Position numbers and translations under genes: made by a program. From NCBI GenBank assembly GCA_036338595.1, contig JAYZBV010000111.1, positions 1 through 63,273 on the forward strand: a stretch of DNA of 63,273 nt. Direction: 5' to 3'. Below the pieces are notes generated by a model, which had not been told where the DNA came from, searched no databases, and was given only the letters and a program-made list of their open reading frames with translations. Positions 19,639-28,908 of the stretch are shown here, piece after piece; position 1 is the first letter of the stretch, and every line of letters starts with the position of its first letter. This stretch comes from Planctomycetota bacterium (GTDB lineage Bacteria; Planctomycetota; UBA8108; UBA1146).

Positions 19639-21338
19639 GGCTTTCCCTCTTCAATGAACTGATCGAAAATGGTCTTCTCAATGAAGAGCAGCTGACTGAA
19701 TGCCAGGAAGAGGAGCGCTCCACCGGGAAGGCCCTCGATAAGGTCCTTCGGGAAAAGGGCTACGTGACCGAGGCGGCTCTGCTGGAGGCGCTCTCGAAGC
19801 GGCTTCATATCCCCTTCGTCGAGGACCTGACCGACTCGGAAGTCCCGACGCAGTTCATCGAGCATGTGCCGCCACAGTTTGCGCGCACCTACAACCTGGT
19901 CGCCGTCGGAGAAGCCCCTGGTGTCCTCCATGTCGCCACCTGCGACCCTCTGGATGTACAGCCGATGGATGACCTCGCTGCCCTGGTGGGATTGGTCATC
20001 GAACCGGTGATCTCGCCTCGTGCCGAGATCACCGCACTCATCAACAGAGCGTTCCAGAAATCCAGCGCCGATGTGGATGAGTTACTCGAAGGTCTCGACG
20101 ATGATGACCTGATCGGAATCGCCGCTGAAATCGATGAGACCGAGGATGTTCTCGACATCGCCAACAAGGCTCCGATCATCAAATTGATGAACACGATCAT
20201 GTTCGAAGCATTGAAGATTCGTGCGTCGGACATTCATCTTCAGCCCTTCTCAGATCGCTTACAGGTCCGCTACAGAATCGATGGCATTCTCTACGATTCA
20301 AAAGTCATCCCTAAAAAGATCCAGGATGCTTTGATCTCACGGGTCAAGGTGATGGGAAAGATGGACATCGCTGAGCGAAGGCTGCCGCAGGACGGTCGGA
20401 CATCGCTAAAAATTGGTGATGGAGACGTGGATGTGAGGATCTCGTCGGTCCCGACGAGCCACGGTGAACGCATCGTATTCCGCTTGCTCGACAAGAGTGC
20501 GCGCCTCTACCAACTCACCGAGATCGGGCTCGATGAAGGTAATCATGAGATACTCTCCAGGTTGATCTCGTCCTCCCATGGAATCCTGCTGGTCACTGGG
20601 CCCACAGGATCGGGGAAGACCACCACTCTGTATGCAGGTCTCGACGAGATGAACTCTCTCGAGACCAACATCATCACCATCGAGGATCCGATCGAATACA
20701 ACCTCGATTCCATCAGTCAGATCCAGGTCTCGACCAAGAAGGGACTGACCTTCGCCTCGGGACTGCGATCGCTGATGCGTCAGGACCCTGATGTGATGAT
20801 GGTCGGAGAGATTCGCGACGAGGAAACCGCCGGGATCGCCGTGCAGGCATCCAACACCGGTCACCTCGTCTTCTCGACACTACACACCAACGACTCTGCC
20901 GGTGCCGTGACCCGGATGATCGATCTCGGGGTCGAACCCTACCTCGTATCTTCCTCGTTGATCGGCGTCGTGGCTCAGCGCCTCGTCAGGGTCATCTGCC
21001 ACCGATGCAAGACGTCCTACGACCCTGAGGAGAGTGAACTGAAAAGCATTGGCCTGACCAGGGACGAGTTGTTAGACGGGATGCTGTACCGGGGACAGGG
21101 ATGCGATAACTGTCTCGGTCGTGGCTACTACGACCGGACCGCCATCTACGAGATCCTCACCATCAATGAAATCATCCGCGACCAGATCATCGCGCGCACC
21201 AGTGCATCCGTGATCAAGCAGGTCGCGGTCGAGTCTGGCCACCTGAAAACTCTTCGAATGGATGGAGCCAGAAAGGTAGCGCAGGGAATCACCACAACCG
21301 ACGAGGTGTTCAGAGTCACGCAGATGGATATCTTCTAG
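19635..21338 (+). CDS. gspE: Type II secretion ATPase GspE
   Basis: ASDIH, RRLPQDG, GPTGSGKTT, TIEDPIEY, MRQDPDVMMVGEIRD, TGHLVFSTLHTN, CHRC..CDNC. Confidence 0.96.
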   Translation: MRLSLFNELIENGLLNEEQLTECQEEERSTGKALDKVLREKGYVTEAALLEALSKRLHIPFVEDLTDSEVPTQFIEHVPPQFARTYNLVAVGEAPGVLHVATCDPLDVQPMDDLAALVGLVIEPVISPRAEITALINRAFQKSSADVDELLEGLDDDDLIGIAAEIDETEDVLDIANKAPIIKLMNTIMFEALKIRASDIHLQPFSDRLQVRYRIDGILYDSKVIPKKIQDALISRVKVMGKMDIAERRLPQDGRTSLKIGDGDVDVRISSVPTSHGERIVFRLLDKSARLYQLTEIGLDEGNHEILSRLISSSHGILLVTGPTGSGKTTTLYAGLDEMNSLETNIITIEDPIEYNLDSISQIQVSTKKGLTFASGLRSLMRQDPDVMMVGEIRDEETAGIAVQASNTGHLVFSTLHTNDSAGAVTRMIDLGVEPYLVSSSLIGVVAQRLVRVICHRCKTSYDPEESELKSIGLTRDELLDGMLYRGQGCDNCLGRGYYDRTAIYEILTINEIIRDQIIARTSASVIKQVAVESGHLKTLRMDGARKVAQGITTTDEVFRVTQMDIF

Positions 21339-21356
21339 AAATAGCCAGGAGCCCGG

Positions 21357-22571
21357 ATGCCAATCTACTCCTACCAGGCCATCGATAGCCGCGGTCGCAA
21401 CAAGAAGGGCAACATCGACGCTGATACAGCGCGCGATGCCCGTGACAAGTTGCGAACCCAGAAACTGCGCGTCACCGATATGCGCAGGATCGATGCTGTT
21501 GCCCGTGGTGGAGGAAAAGCTGGTCGCTTCCAGCTGCAACGCAAGGCAAACATCCGCGACCTGGCCATCTTGACGCGTCAGTTCTCGACCCTGCTCGCAT
21601 CCGGGGTGCACCTCTCCGAAGCACTGACCGTACTGGTCGAGCAGATCGAAGACCGGCGCATGGAGGTGATTTTCCGGGACATCCGCGAGAAGATCGTCTC
21701 GGGTGCAGGACTCGCAGATGCATTCTCATTGCATCCGGCCTACTTCAGCGACCTCTACATCAACATGGTGCGAGCAGGAGAAGCGAGCGGAAATCTTGAC
21801 GAAGTATTGCTGAGCCTTTCTAACTACCTGCAAAAGCAGGCGAGTTTGCGTGGCAAGATTTCTGCTGCACTCACCTACCCGGCGATCATGGTCGTGGTCG
21901 GTTTGATGGTGGTGTCTTTTCTGATGACCTTCGTGGTGCCCAAGATCACTGAAACACTGGTCAAGAAGGGCAACGTGTTACCACGGCCAACCGAGCTCCT
22001 GATCTTCATCAGCGAGATGTTCAAATCGTACTGGTTGCCCGGCATGATCGGTATGTTGATCGTGATGGTGTTCTTCAGAGGAGTGATTGCGACCGAGAAA
22101 GGTCGCCTGGTATACGACACATTCTTGCTGAAGATCCCGGTACTGGGTTCGCTGCTTCAGCGCTCAGCCATCTCTCGATTCACGGTGACACTGTCCATCT
22201 TGCTCAAGAGTGGTCTCCCCGCTCTTGATTCACTCAACATCGTCAGAAAAGTAGTCAACAACTCATTGATGGCCCAGACGATCTCGCAAGTTGCGGATCG
22301 AATCGTCGAGGGAGCCGACATCTCGACACCCTTGAAGAAGTCAAAAATGTTCCCTCCGATGGTGGGCTACATGATTGCAGTCGGAGAACAGAGTGGAGAA
22401 CTGGAGAGTGTTCTCGACAGAATATCTCTGAACTATGAGGAAGAGATCGACCTTGCCATCCAGAGACTGACTGCGATGGTAGAACCTGTCATCATCATCT
22501 TGCTGGCCATCGTGGTCGGATTCATCGTGATGGCCGTGCTGTTACCGTTGTTACAGTTCAACAATCTCTAG
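21357..22571 (+). CDS. gspF: Type II secretion inner-membrane platform protein GspF
   Basis: FSDLYINMVRAGEASGNL, ALTYP, MIAVGEQSGEL, VEPVII; three TMs. Confidence 0.95.
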   Translation: MPIYSYQAIDSRGRNKKGNIDADTARDARDKLRTQKLRVTDMRRIDAVARGGGKAGRFQLQRKANIRDLAILTRQFSTLLASGVHLSEALTVLVEQIEDRRMEVIFRDIREKIVSGAGLADAFSLHPAYFSDLYINMVRAGEASGNLDEVLLSLSNYLQKQASLRGKISAALTYPAIMVVVGLMVVSFLMTFVVPKITETLVKKGNVLPRPTELLIFISEMFKSYWLPGMIGMLIVMVFFRGVIATEKGRLVYDTFLLKIPVLGSLLQRSAISRFTVTLSILLKSGLPALDSLNIVRKVVNNSLMAQTISQVADRIVEGADISTPLKKSKMFPPMVGYMIAVGEQSGELESVLDRISLNYEEEIDLAIQRLTAMVEPVIIILLAIVVGFIVMAVLLPLLQFNNL

Positions 22572-22619
22572 TGGAGTTCTCGGTTTCCGAGACCGAAACA
22601 ACAAGTGAAGGAGGCGGCA

Positions 22620-23039
22620 ATGAACCGTCGAAAGAAAGACAGTCGAGCTGGATTCTCGCTGATTGAACTGATCGTGGTGATCACGATCCTGGGCATCCTT
22701 GCGAGCACCGTGGTGGTGAGCGTATTTGGACGCTCTGATCAGGCAAGGGTTGCTGCGGTGCGAGCAGATTTCAGCAGCATCTTGACTGCCTCTCGCCTCT
22801 TCCGCGAGGACCACAAGCGCTGGCCCGACACCATCGAGGAACTGATCCAGCCTCCCGCATCCAACACCGGTAGCACCATGGAGTACCTCAGTGCGGAACC
22901 CTTCGATCCCTGGACCGGAGAGTACTACTACTATGAACTCGGTGACCGCGGGCCACTGCTGATCTCGTGGGGAGCTGACGGCCTCGAAGGAGGCGAGGAG
23001 TTCAACGCAGATATCTACTCGGACGAGACGGGACGCTGA
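22620..23039 (+). CDS. gspG: Major pseudopilin GspG
   Basis: Prepilin site AG|FSLIELIVV; DPW; C-terminal SWGADGLEGGEEFNADI; RBS AAGGAGG before ATG 22620. Confidence 0.9.
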   Translation: MNRRKKDSRAGFSLIELIVVITILGILASTVVVSVFGRSDQARVAAVRADFSSILTASRLFREDHKRWPDTIEELIQPPASNTGSTMEYLSAEPFDPWTGEYYYYELGDRGPLLISWGADGLEGGEEFNADIYSDETGR

Positions 23040-23043
23040 TCGG

Positions 23044-23574
23044 ATGTCAATGCGAGCCAATACTTCTGGATTCACAATGATCGAGTTGATCGTCGTCGTG
23101 ACGATCCTTGGCTTGCTGGCTTCCGTGGTGGCTCCCAATCTCGATGGCATCTCCCCCAAGTACCGACTTCGATCTGCCGCACGAACCATCGGTCAAAACA
23201 TCGGCTGGGCAAGATCCCTCGGTGGAGGTGTCGGAGACGAATATGTGCTTCGCTACGATCTTGGCGACAGTACATTTTCAATCATCTTGCCACCAGGAAT
23301 TGATGACGACCCGGATCTCGATATAGATCTTCGCGAAACGATGGGCATTCAGACCCTCCCGGAAGGGATCGTGATCAGCAAGATCCTGCATCCAGATGGG
23401 ATGTCCGACGAATACGGAATCGTGGATATCGTACTCGATGAATACGGTACATCCGGATCACACATCGCCGTGGTAAGAAACGAAGAAGACACGACCATCG
23501 CAATCTACTTCGAGGCGATCATCGGGAGCATCCAGTACTTGCCCGGAGAAGATGCGGAGTTCCCCAGATGGTGA
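23044..23574 (+). CDS. gspH: Minor pseudopilin GspH-like
   Basis: SG|FTMIELIVVVTILG; position after gspG. Confidence 0.75.
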   Translation: MSMRANTSGFTMIELIVVVTILGLLASVVAPNLDGISPKYRLRSAARTIGQNIGWARSLGGGVGDEYVLRYDLGDSTFSIILPPGIDDDPDLDIDLRETMGIQTLPEGIVISKILHPDGMSDEYGIVDIVLDEYGTSGSHIAVVRNEEDTTIAIYFEAIIGSIQYLPGEDAEFPRW

Positions 23575-24038
23575 CCTCACTTCCCCACTCGAATGATGCT
23601 GCCGGAGGTTTCACCCTCGTGGAACTGGTGATGGCCGTGGCCATCATCAGCGGTGCGTTTCTCACCTTGCTGTACATGCGAACCGATGCAGTGGATCGTG
23701 CGTTCACCTACAACCACCAACGCCTGGTCGAGAGGGTGAGCAGGGAAGTCCTCGACGAGGTCGCCTTCGGACTCTCCGATGGACTCGAAGGCACGGCTCA
23801 ACTTCCCGGTCACCCCGATGGGACCGGATGGCCCTGGTCGGCCACCATCACGGACATCTCCAGAGAAGAGGTTGGCCCAAGACTCCTGGAAATTGAACTC
23901 ACGCTGGAACACCCCGGCTCAAACATCGATGACTCCGAGGAGTTCGTCATCTCTACCAGGATCCTCGTTGCCGAGGACGACCCGATCGCAGCCGATGCCC
24001 AGTTAGGATCGCAGTTCGGTTCAGGATCGGGGTTCTGA
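23568..24038 (+). CDS. gspI: Minor pseudopilin GspI-like
   Basis: GG|FTLVELVMAVAI; short; position in cluster. Confidence 0.75.
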   Translation: MVTSLPHSNDAAGGFTLVELVMAVAIISGAFLTLLYMRTDAVDRAFTYNHQRLVERVSREVLDEVAFGLSDGLEGTAQLPGHPDGTGWPWSATITDISREEVGPRLLEIELTLEHPGSNIDDSEEFVISTRILVAEDDPIAADAQLGSQFGSGSGF

Positions 24039-24988
24039 TGGTGCAACGTGGATTTACCCTCATAGAACTGATCGTCGTGCTCGGGATCTTCACCCTCGTG
24101 ATGACGATGTGTTACACGATTCTCGAGACCACCCTCGAGGCGGATCGAAGGATTCAGAAAACAACGCTCACTGGCAAGGTCGGCGAAGCCATCCTGGGTC
24201 AGATGCGCCGGGATCTGCAGGGTGCCGCATGGCGCGGACTCGGAACGGATGTCTTTCGCGGTGAAGATCATGGCGACGAGGACAACGCCGAGGACTCGAT
24301 AGATTTCATCACCACATCTCCTGTGCCCGAGCCAGAAGATGAAATTCCGAGCTGGACTGGCGAACTCAGTTCAGTCGGTTACGCCTTACGGCCGGGAGAA
24401 GATGGAGACAATGTGCTATTTCGTAGAGTGGCATGGGATCTCACTTCCGATCCTCTGGATTCAGGTGTGCGGACTGCCATCTACGCTCATGTGAAGGCAC
24501 TCAACTTCGAGTATCTCGATATCGAAGGCGAATGGTTGGGTAACTGGGACGCTTCTGAATTACTCCCCGAGGAAAACCTGACCGACTTCCCCTATCTCGA
24601 TGAGCGAGTGCTCCAGGCGGAACTGGAAGCCGAAGAACTGGCGGCCTCCTCAGCCGACGCGGCCGCTGCTGCTGCTGCATCCGGCCTGGAAGGAACCACG
24701 GGAAACACAGGTGGCCAGTCTTCCGCATCGGAAGAAGGTCTTGGGCCCGGTGATATTGACCCTGCTACAGGTGAAGTGATTCCCGAGGAGCCGTTGCCGC
24801 TGCCGCTTCCGAGAGCGGTCCGGATTGTTCTTTACCTCCACTACAGTAATGAAAACGGTCAATTGCTCGATGCAGATGGAGCTCCTTACGAGGAGGTCTT
24901 TTCGACCATCGTTCCGCTACTCGTCTCGGACCAGATCCTGGTCGAGGATCCCGAAACCCTGCTCGAGGCGGGCAATGTCGACTTTTGA
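24038..24988 (+). CDS. gspJ: Minor pseudopilin GspJ-like (very acidic)
   Basis: RG|FTLIELIVVLGI; LNFEYLD..W..W and LPRAVRIVL motifs typical of GspJ; long acidic/Ala-Gly insertion. Confidence 0.8.
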   Translation: MVQRGFTLIELIVVLGIFTLVMTMCYTILETTLEADRRIQKTTLTGKVGEAILGQMRRDLQGAAWRGLGTDVFRGEDHGDEDNAEDSIDFITTSPVPEPEDEIPSWTGELSSVGYALRPGEDGDNVLFRRVAWDLTSDPLDSGVRTAIYAHVKALNFEYLDIEGEWLGNWDASELLPEENLTDFPYLDERVLQAELEAEELAASSADAAAAAAASGLEGTTGNTGGQSSASEEGLGPGDIDPATGEVIPEEPLPLPLPRAVRIVLYLHYSNENGQLLDADGAPYEEVFSTIVPLLVSDQILVEDPETLLEAGNVDF

Positions 24989-25089
24989 TCTGAAGGGTAT
25001 CCAGAGAATTGGAGGGGCCTCCGGAAGGATATGGCGAGAACCAGGATTGCGTGATCCCCAGGTTTTTGCCCCGGAGGCCCCAACTTCAT

Positions 25090-25120
25090 CCTCGATCTGT
25101 GCCTAGATCTGTGCCTCGAT
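25090..25120. repeat. 12-bp tandem repeat (about 2.5 copies), candidate upstream activator site
   Basis: cctcgatctgtg cctagatctgtg cctcgat, about 110-140 bp upstream of the 25231 sigma54 motif. Confidence 0.5.
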
Positions 25121-25230
25121 GGCCCCTGGATAGCTCTGGACCGTATTGACAGGCCTCTCCCTGAATGTGCCAGAACCGCACAGTTGAGTCCTTTCCTGGG
25201 CTTTATCGCCCCATCTAACCTCTCACTTTT

Positions 25231-25246
25231 TGGCACTGATGATGCA
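25231..25246 (+). promoter_or_regulatory. Putative sigma54 promoter for the Kelch-HEAT-Kelch genes
   Basis: TGGCACTGATGATGCA: perfect TGGCAC, GG-N10-GC; in the 650-bp gap after gspJ. Confidence 0.75.
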
Positions 25247-25637
25247 CTCTACAATGGAGAAGAGTGTCCCGGATCTGCGCCTCGTGAGCAGTCCATCAAC
25301 ATTCCAGCCCCGTGGATATGGCGTTGGTGGACACGCTCTGGAGTGCGAACTACAATCCGCCACTCGGATTTAGAGTGCGGAATCGCAGGACGAGCGGGTC
25401 TCGTTGTGATTCTGCCTGGATGGTTTTTTCGGTCCTCGGGGTTCTCGTCCTGGAAGCCCAGATGGGTTTTCCTATCGGCGGGACAGGCCCGAACAGAATC
25501 ACTACTGCCGTTGCGAAACGCTATTTCGAGGTGATGGTGTCTCGAATGGATGTCGCATGCGGACTGACATCGAGCCTGTCGGTAGCCAGCCAGATCCATC
25601 TCGCTGACTGCCGATGCATGGAAAGAAGCAGTAACGA

Positions 25638-27587
25638 ATGAGCCTCCAAGACCGAACCCATTCTCAGAGCCACTGGTTCGCCCTCGCCTCCTCTCGCATC
25701 GCCAGCACTCGCTGCTTGGCGTCCCGCATGGTGATGTCCTGCTGCATCGTGGCATCTCTATCTGCGCTCACAGGACTGGTGGGGTGTCATGGGTCAGTCA
25801 GTTCGATTCCGAACATCAACAATGCTGCAGAGTTCCTGGTAGATAACGAGGTCTACAACGGACCCTCCATGGTATCGCCACGCTACGGCCATACCGCAAC
25901 CACCCTTGAAGACGGCACGGTCCTCATCGTCGGTGGCAGTGACGAGAGACATCTCACCTCACTCGATGTCGCCGAAATTTTCGACCAAGGTGCCGCAGTC
26001 AGTCTCAACGATCCGGTGCCAGATACGGGTTCCGGCGATTTCATAGACACCGATGTTGAAGGAAACCTGATGTCGCTGACCCAGGGTGGACGAATCTTCC
26101 ACACTGCGACCCTGCTTCCCAACGGCAATGTTTTCATCTGTGGTGGCACCCAGGATGCACTCTTCTCGCAGGCCATCGAGGACTCCGAAATTTACGATAT
26201 CAGCAGTCGTGAGTTTGCTCCTGATTTCTTGCAGTTGAACGAAGACATGATCACACCGCGATTCCGGCACAGTGCCACCCTGCTCCCCAACGGCAAGATT
26301 CTGGTCGCAGGTGGCCAGGAATCACGCCAGGAGACGATCATCGACCCGAACTTTGCGCCCGGTCAGCCGGGGTTCCAGATCGACATCAATGTATTCCCCT
26401 CCCTCAAGAGCATGGAGATCTTTGATCCCGGAGCTCTCGCCTTCGCGCCAGCGCTGACCGTCGCCGGCAACGATCCTGCAGAATTCCTCAGCGCCCGCGG
26501 GCGAGCGGGGCATAACACTGCCGGGATGGCGGGTCTCGATGGCTCGCTCGGAACCACCGATGACATCCTCGTCCATGCCGGCGGATTCCAGACCCTTTCG
26601 ACCATCTTCGCACCACAATTCAAATTGCCATGGCAGCAGGACACCAGTAACTCGGCCAACTTCGAATACTTCGATGCCACCACTGGTGACAATCGAATCG
26701 CCGCAGGAATCGTGTCGGGAGAACGAGTCAACCATCCGCAGATCCTGAATCTAGGCAGATATGGCAACTTCACGCTCCAGTTTGACCTGGACGACGATGG
26801 GGAAATCACACCACCTCCAGTGGGTGTCGACATCCCGGCGATTCCAGGGCTGACCAATATCATTCTCATCGCAAATGGTGACAACGACGACCCCGCCTGC
26901 CCCACTGGTAATGGCGTGAATGATTTACTGGTCGCCACCTTCAGTGGCTTCGGGCCTTCAAATGGGCTGTCATTCACCCTCTTCGGAGGTGAGTTCACCC
27001 TCTCCAATAATGTCGAACTGGTGACCTTTGATCCGATGAACTGCGCGTCCTTTAGCCGAAGCGAGGCTGATCTGATCACGGTTCTGACCAGGAGAACCTA
27101 CAATGGCGAGACCATCACCTCGGCGGTCGGCGTCACCAGCGGCGGTTCCTTCATGCTCCCGACTCCCAATGGATGCGTCGAATTGACCCAGGGCACCTGC
27201 GCCAATGGAATCGTTGGTGTGACGATTTACGACCCGTTCTACCAGCCGTTCCTCGATCCTCCCTGGAATCAGACCGGCAACATCAATCCGATCACGCACC
27301 CGACCGGAATTGTTGGTTCGTTTGTCAACATCGATGGAGATACCGCCAATGACAACGCTGACGGCTTCGCAGAGGGAAGCCTGTTGCTGGCACTCGCTCA
27401 GGGGAAAATGCTCCACACCTTGAATGTTATTCCTGGTGAAGATGGAGTGCTCGATAGTGTCGACGACCGAATCGTTGCCATCGGCGGAGGAATCAGTTAC
27501 TTCCCCAACTACGGCGATGAGCCGGCGACCATCAACTGCGAAGTGATCATGCTGCCAGGAACCAATGTTCCCGTGCCAATCCCCTAG
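25638..27587 (+). CDS. Kelch/galactose-oxidase-type beta-propeller lipoprotein, acidic, Cys-containing
   Basis: Lipobox LVG|C; repeats PRYGHTATTLEDGTVLIVGG, RIFHTATLLPNGNVFICGG, PRFRHSATLLPNGKILVAGG; DLDDDG; true start may be 25728-25734. Confidence 0.8.
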   Translation: MSLQDRTHSQSHWFALASSRIASTRCLASRMVMSCCIVASLSALTGLVGCHGSVSSIPNINNAAEFLVDNEVYNGPSMVSPRYGHTATTLEDGTVLIVGGSDERHLTSLDVAEIFDQGAAVSLNDPVPDTGSGDFIDTDVEGNLMSLTQGGRIFHTATLLPNGNVFICGGTQDALFSQAIEDSEIYDISSREFAPDFLQLNEDMITPRFRHSATLLPNGKILVAGGQESRQETIIDPNFAPGQPGFQIDINVFPSLKSMEIFDPGALAFAPALTVAGNDPAEFLSARGRAGHNTAGMAGLDGSLGTTDDILVHAGGFQTLSTIFAPQFKLPWQQDTSNSANFEYFDATTGDNRIAAGIVSGERVNHPQILNLGRYGNFTLQFDLDDDGEITPPPVGVDIPAIPGLTNIILIANGDNDDPACPTGNGVNDLLVATFSGFGPSNGLSFTLFGGEFTLSNNVELVTFDPMNCASFSRSEADLITVLTRRTYNGETITSAVGVTSGGSFMLPTPNGCVELTQGTCANGIVGVTIYDPFYQPFLDPPWNQTGNINPITHPTGIVGSFVNIDGDTANDNADGFAEGSLLLALAQGKMLHTLNVIPGEDGVLDSVDDRIVAIGGGISYFPNYGDEPATINCEVIMLPGTNVPVPIP

Positions 27588-27695
27588 TTCGATCGCCGAT
27601 TCGGTATTCGGGTGCTGTAATTCGACTTCCCCGACGAGAGGATCCGCTCAACTCAGGGGTTTGCAAACCCGGAGCCTCGACCGGAGCACCATCAG

Positions 27696-28763
27696 ATGAG
27701 TACCCTTCAGCAAACATCGGGAAGAATCCCCTCCAGCATCCCGGTCATCGTATCCCTGATCGCCCTCGGCTGGCTGCTGGCGACGCTGTGGATTCCTCAG
27801 GAGCCCATCGACGGCAACGGCGAAGGCAACCCAAAGCGATCCCAGCCAGTTGCCCCGAGTGGTCAACTCGTCTCTCCTACCGCTGGCAGTGCATCGCAGG
27901 ATCCAGTGTCTGCCCTCGATTCTCTGTCGCCAGAGTTGCGCAGCATCCATGGACAGATCCACGACCTCTTCCTGAAAACCCAGTGGAATGCAGCCCTGGA
28001 TGCCTCCACTGCTCATCGAGTCGGTAGAGCTCGAGACGACCTGGAGGCTCTACTCGCCTCGCTCGGTGCTGAACATGTCCAGATGCTGGCAGGACTGCTG
28101 AAAGAAGAGCAAGATTTCGTCAATCGCCGCTTCTTGTTACGAGCACTGGGGCGTATCGGAAGCGACGAGGCGCTCATTGCGCTGGTGGAACACTACCACT
28201 GGTCTACAGGAAACCAGAAGGAGAGCGAAGTCAAACACACCGTCGCCGCTCTCGCTGCAGCAGACAATGATCGCTCCTTCGAGATTCTCAGCGAGTTCGC
28301 TCTATCCGATGAAGATCAACAGCACCGCTACAGGTTTGTTGGAGCGCTCTCCCAGCATTCTCGATCCAGCGATGCTCTGGGTATCTACTCTCAACTATTG
28401 CGCGATGACTCTCACTTTCGAGTGCGCCAACGTGCAGCATTCGGAATGAAGGTCTCTGGAGGACCCGCAGACGCTGCCGGAATCGAAGCGGCGCTGCTGG
28501 ACGAGGGTAACCCTTATGTCCGCCAGTCCTTTCTCGGTGCTCTTGGAGGAATCCGTGATGTTCGGTCGGTACCGCTGGTGACCAGGATCCTGCAAGAGGA
28601 TTCGGTGCTGTCCACCCGTGTTTCGGCAGTCAAGGCGCTGCTTCGTATCGAGGGTGACGCTGTCGTCGATGCGCTCCGTGCCGCCCGGGATGACGAATCG
28701 CAGCCCCAGAGAGTCCACGACGAGGTGATCCGCGCCCTTGCAACTCTGGGGGCCAGCGGATAG
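27696..28763 (+). CDS. Membrane-anchored HEAT-repeat protein
   Basis: N-terminal TM; repeats LRALGRIG, VRQRAAFGM, VRQSFLGALGGI, RVSAVKALLRI. Confidence 0.8.
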   Translation: MSTLQQTSGRIPSSIPVIVSLIALGWLLATLWIPQEPIDGNGEGNPKRSQPVAPSGQLVSPTAGSASQDPVSALDSLSPELRSIHGQIHDLFLKTQWNAALDASTAHRVGRARDDLEALLASLGAEHVQMLAGLLKEEQDFVNRRFLLRALGRIGSDEALIALVEHYHWSTGNQKESEVKHTVAALAAADNDRSFEILSEFALSDEDQQHRYRFVGALSQHSRSSDALGIYSQLLRDDSHFRVRQRAAFGMKVSGGPADAAGIEAALLDEGNPYVRQSFLGALGGIRDVRSVPLVTRILQEDSVLSTRVSAVKALLRIEGDAVVDALRAARDDESQPQRVHDEVIRALATLGASG

Positions 28764-28859
28764 CAGTGGCTTCGCCCGCTTGAGAGTCGGCCCTACCGAT
28801 GTCACGATCTTCCCGCGTCAGGCCAGCGATGTACCGAGAACCAGCAACTCTGGCACCGT

Positions 28860-28891
28860 GCCATGAGAGCGATAGGCCATGAGAGCGATAG
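28860..28891. repeat. 16-bp tandem duplication in the 5' leader of the second Kelch gene
   Basis: gccatgagagcgatag x2, overlapping the end of the palindrome TGGCAC-c-GTGCCA (28851-28863). Confidence 0.8.
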
Positions 28892-28908
28892 ATGAGGGAA
28901 GAGGATCG

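Noticed and set aside
19635..19810. MshEN-like c-di-GMP binding repeats at the GspE N-terminus
   Set aside because: Helical pattern is present but both RLG motifs are degenerate (RLSLF, KALDK), so c-di-GMP binding cannot be claimed
25312..25641. 109-aa ORF upstream of the first Kelch gene
   Set aside because: No clear RBS or domain and atypical composition; treated as leader sequence, though not fully excluded
28851..28866. TGGCAC upstream of the second Kelch gene as a sigma54 site
   Set aside because: No GC at the -12 position; it is part of a short palindrome
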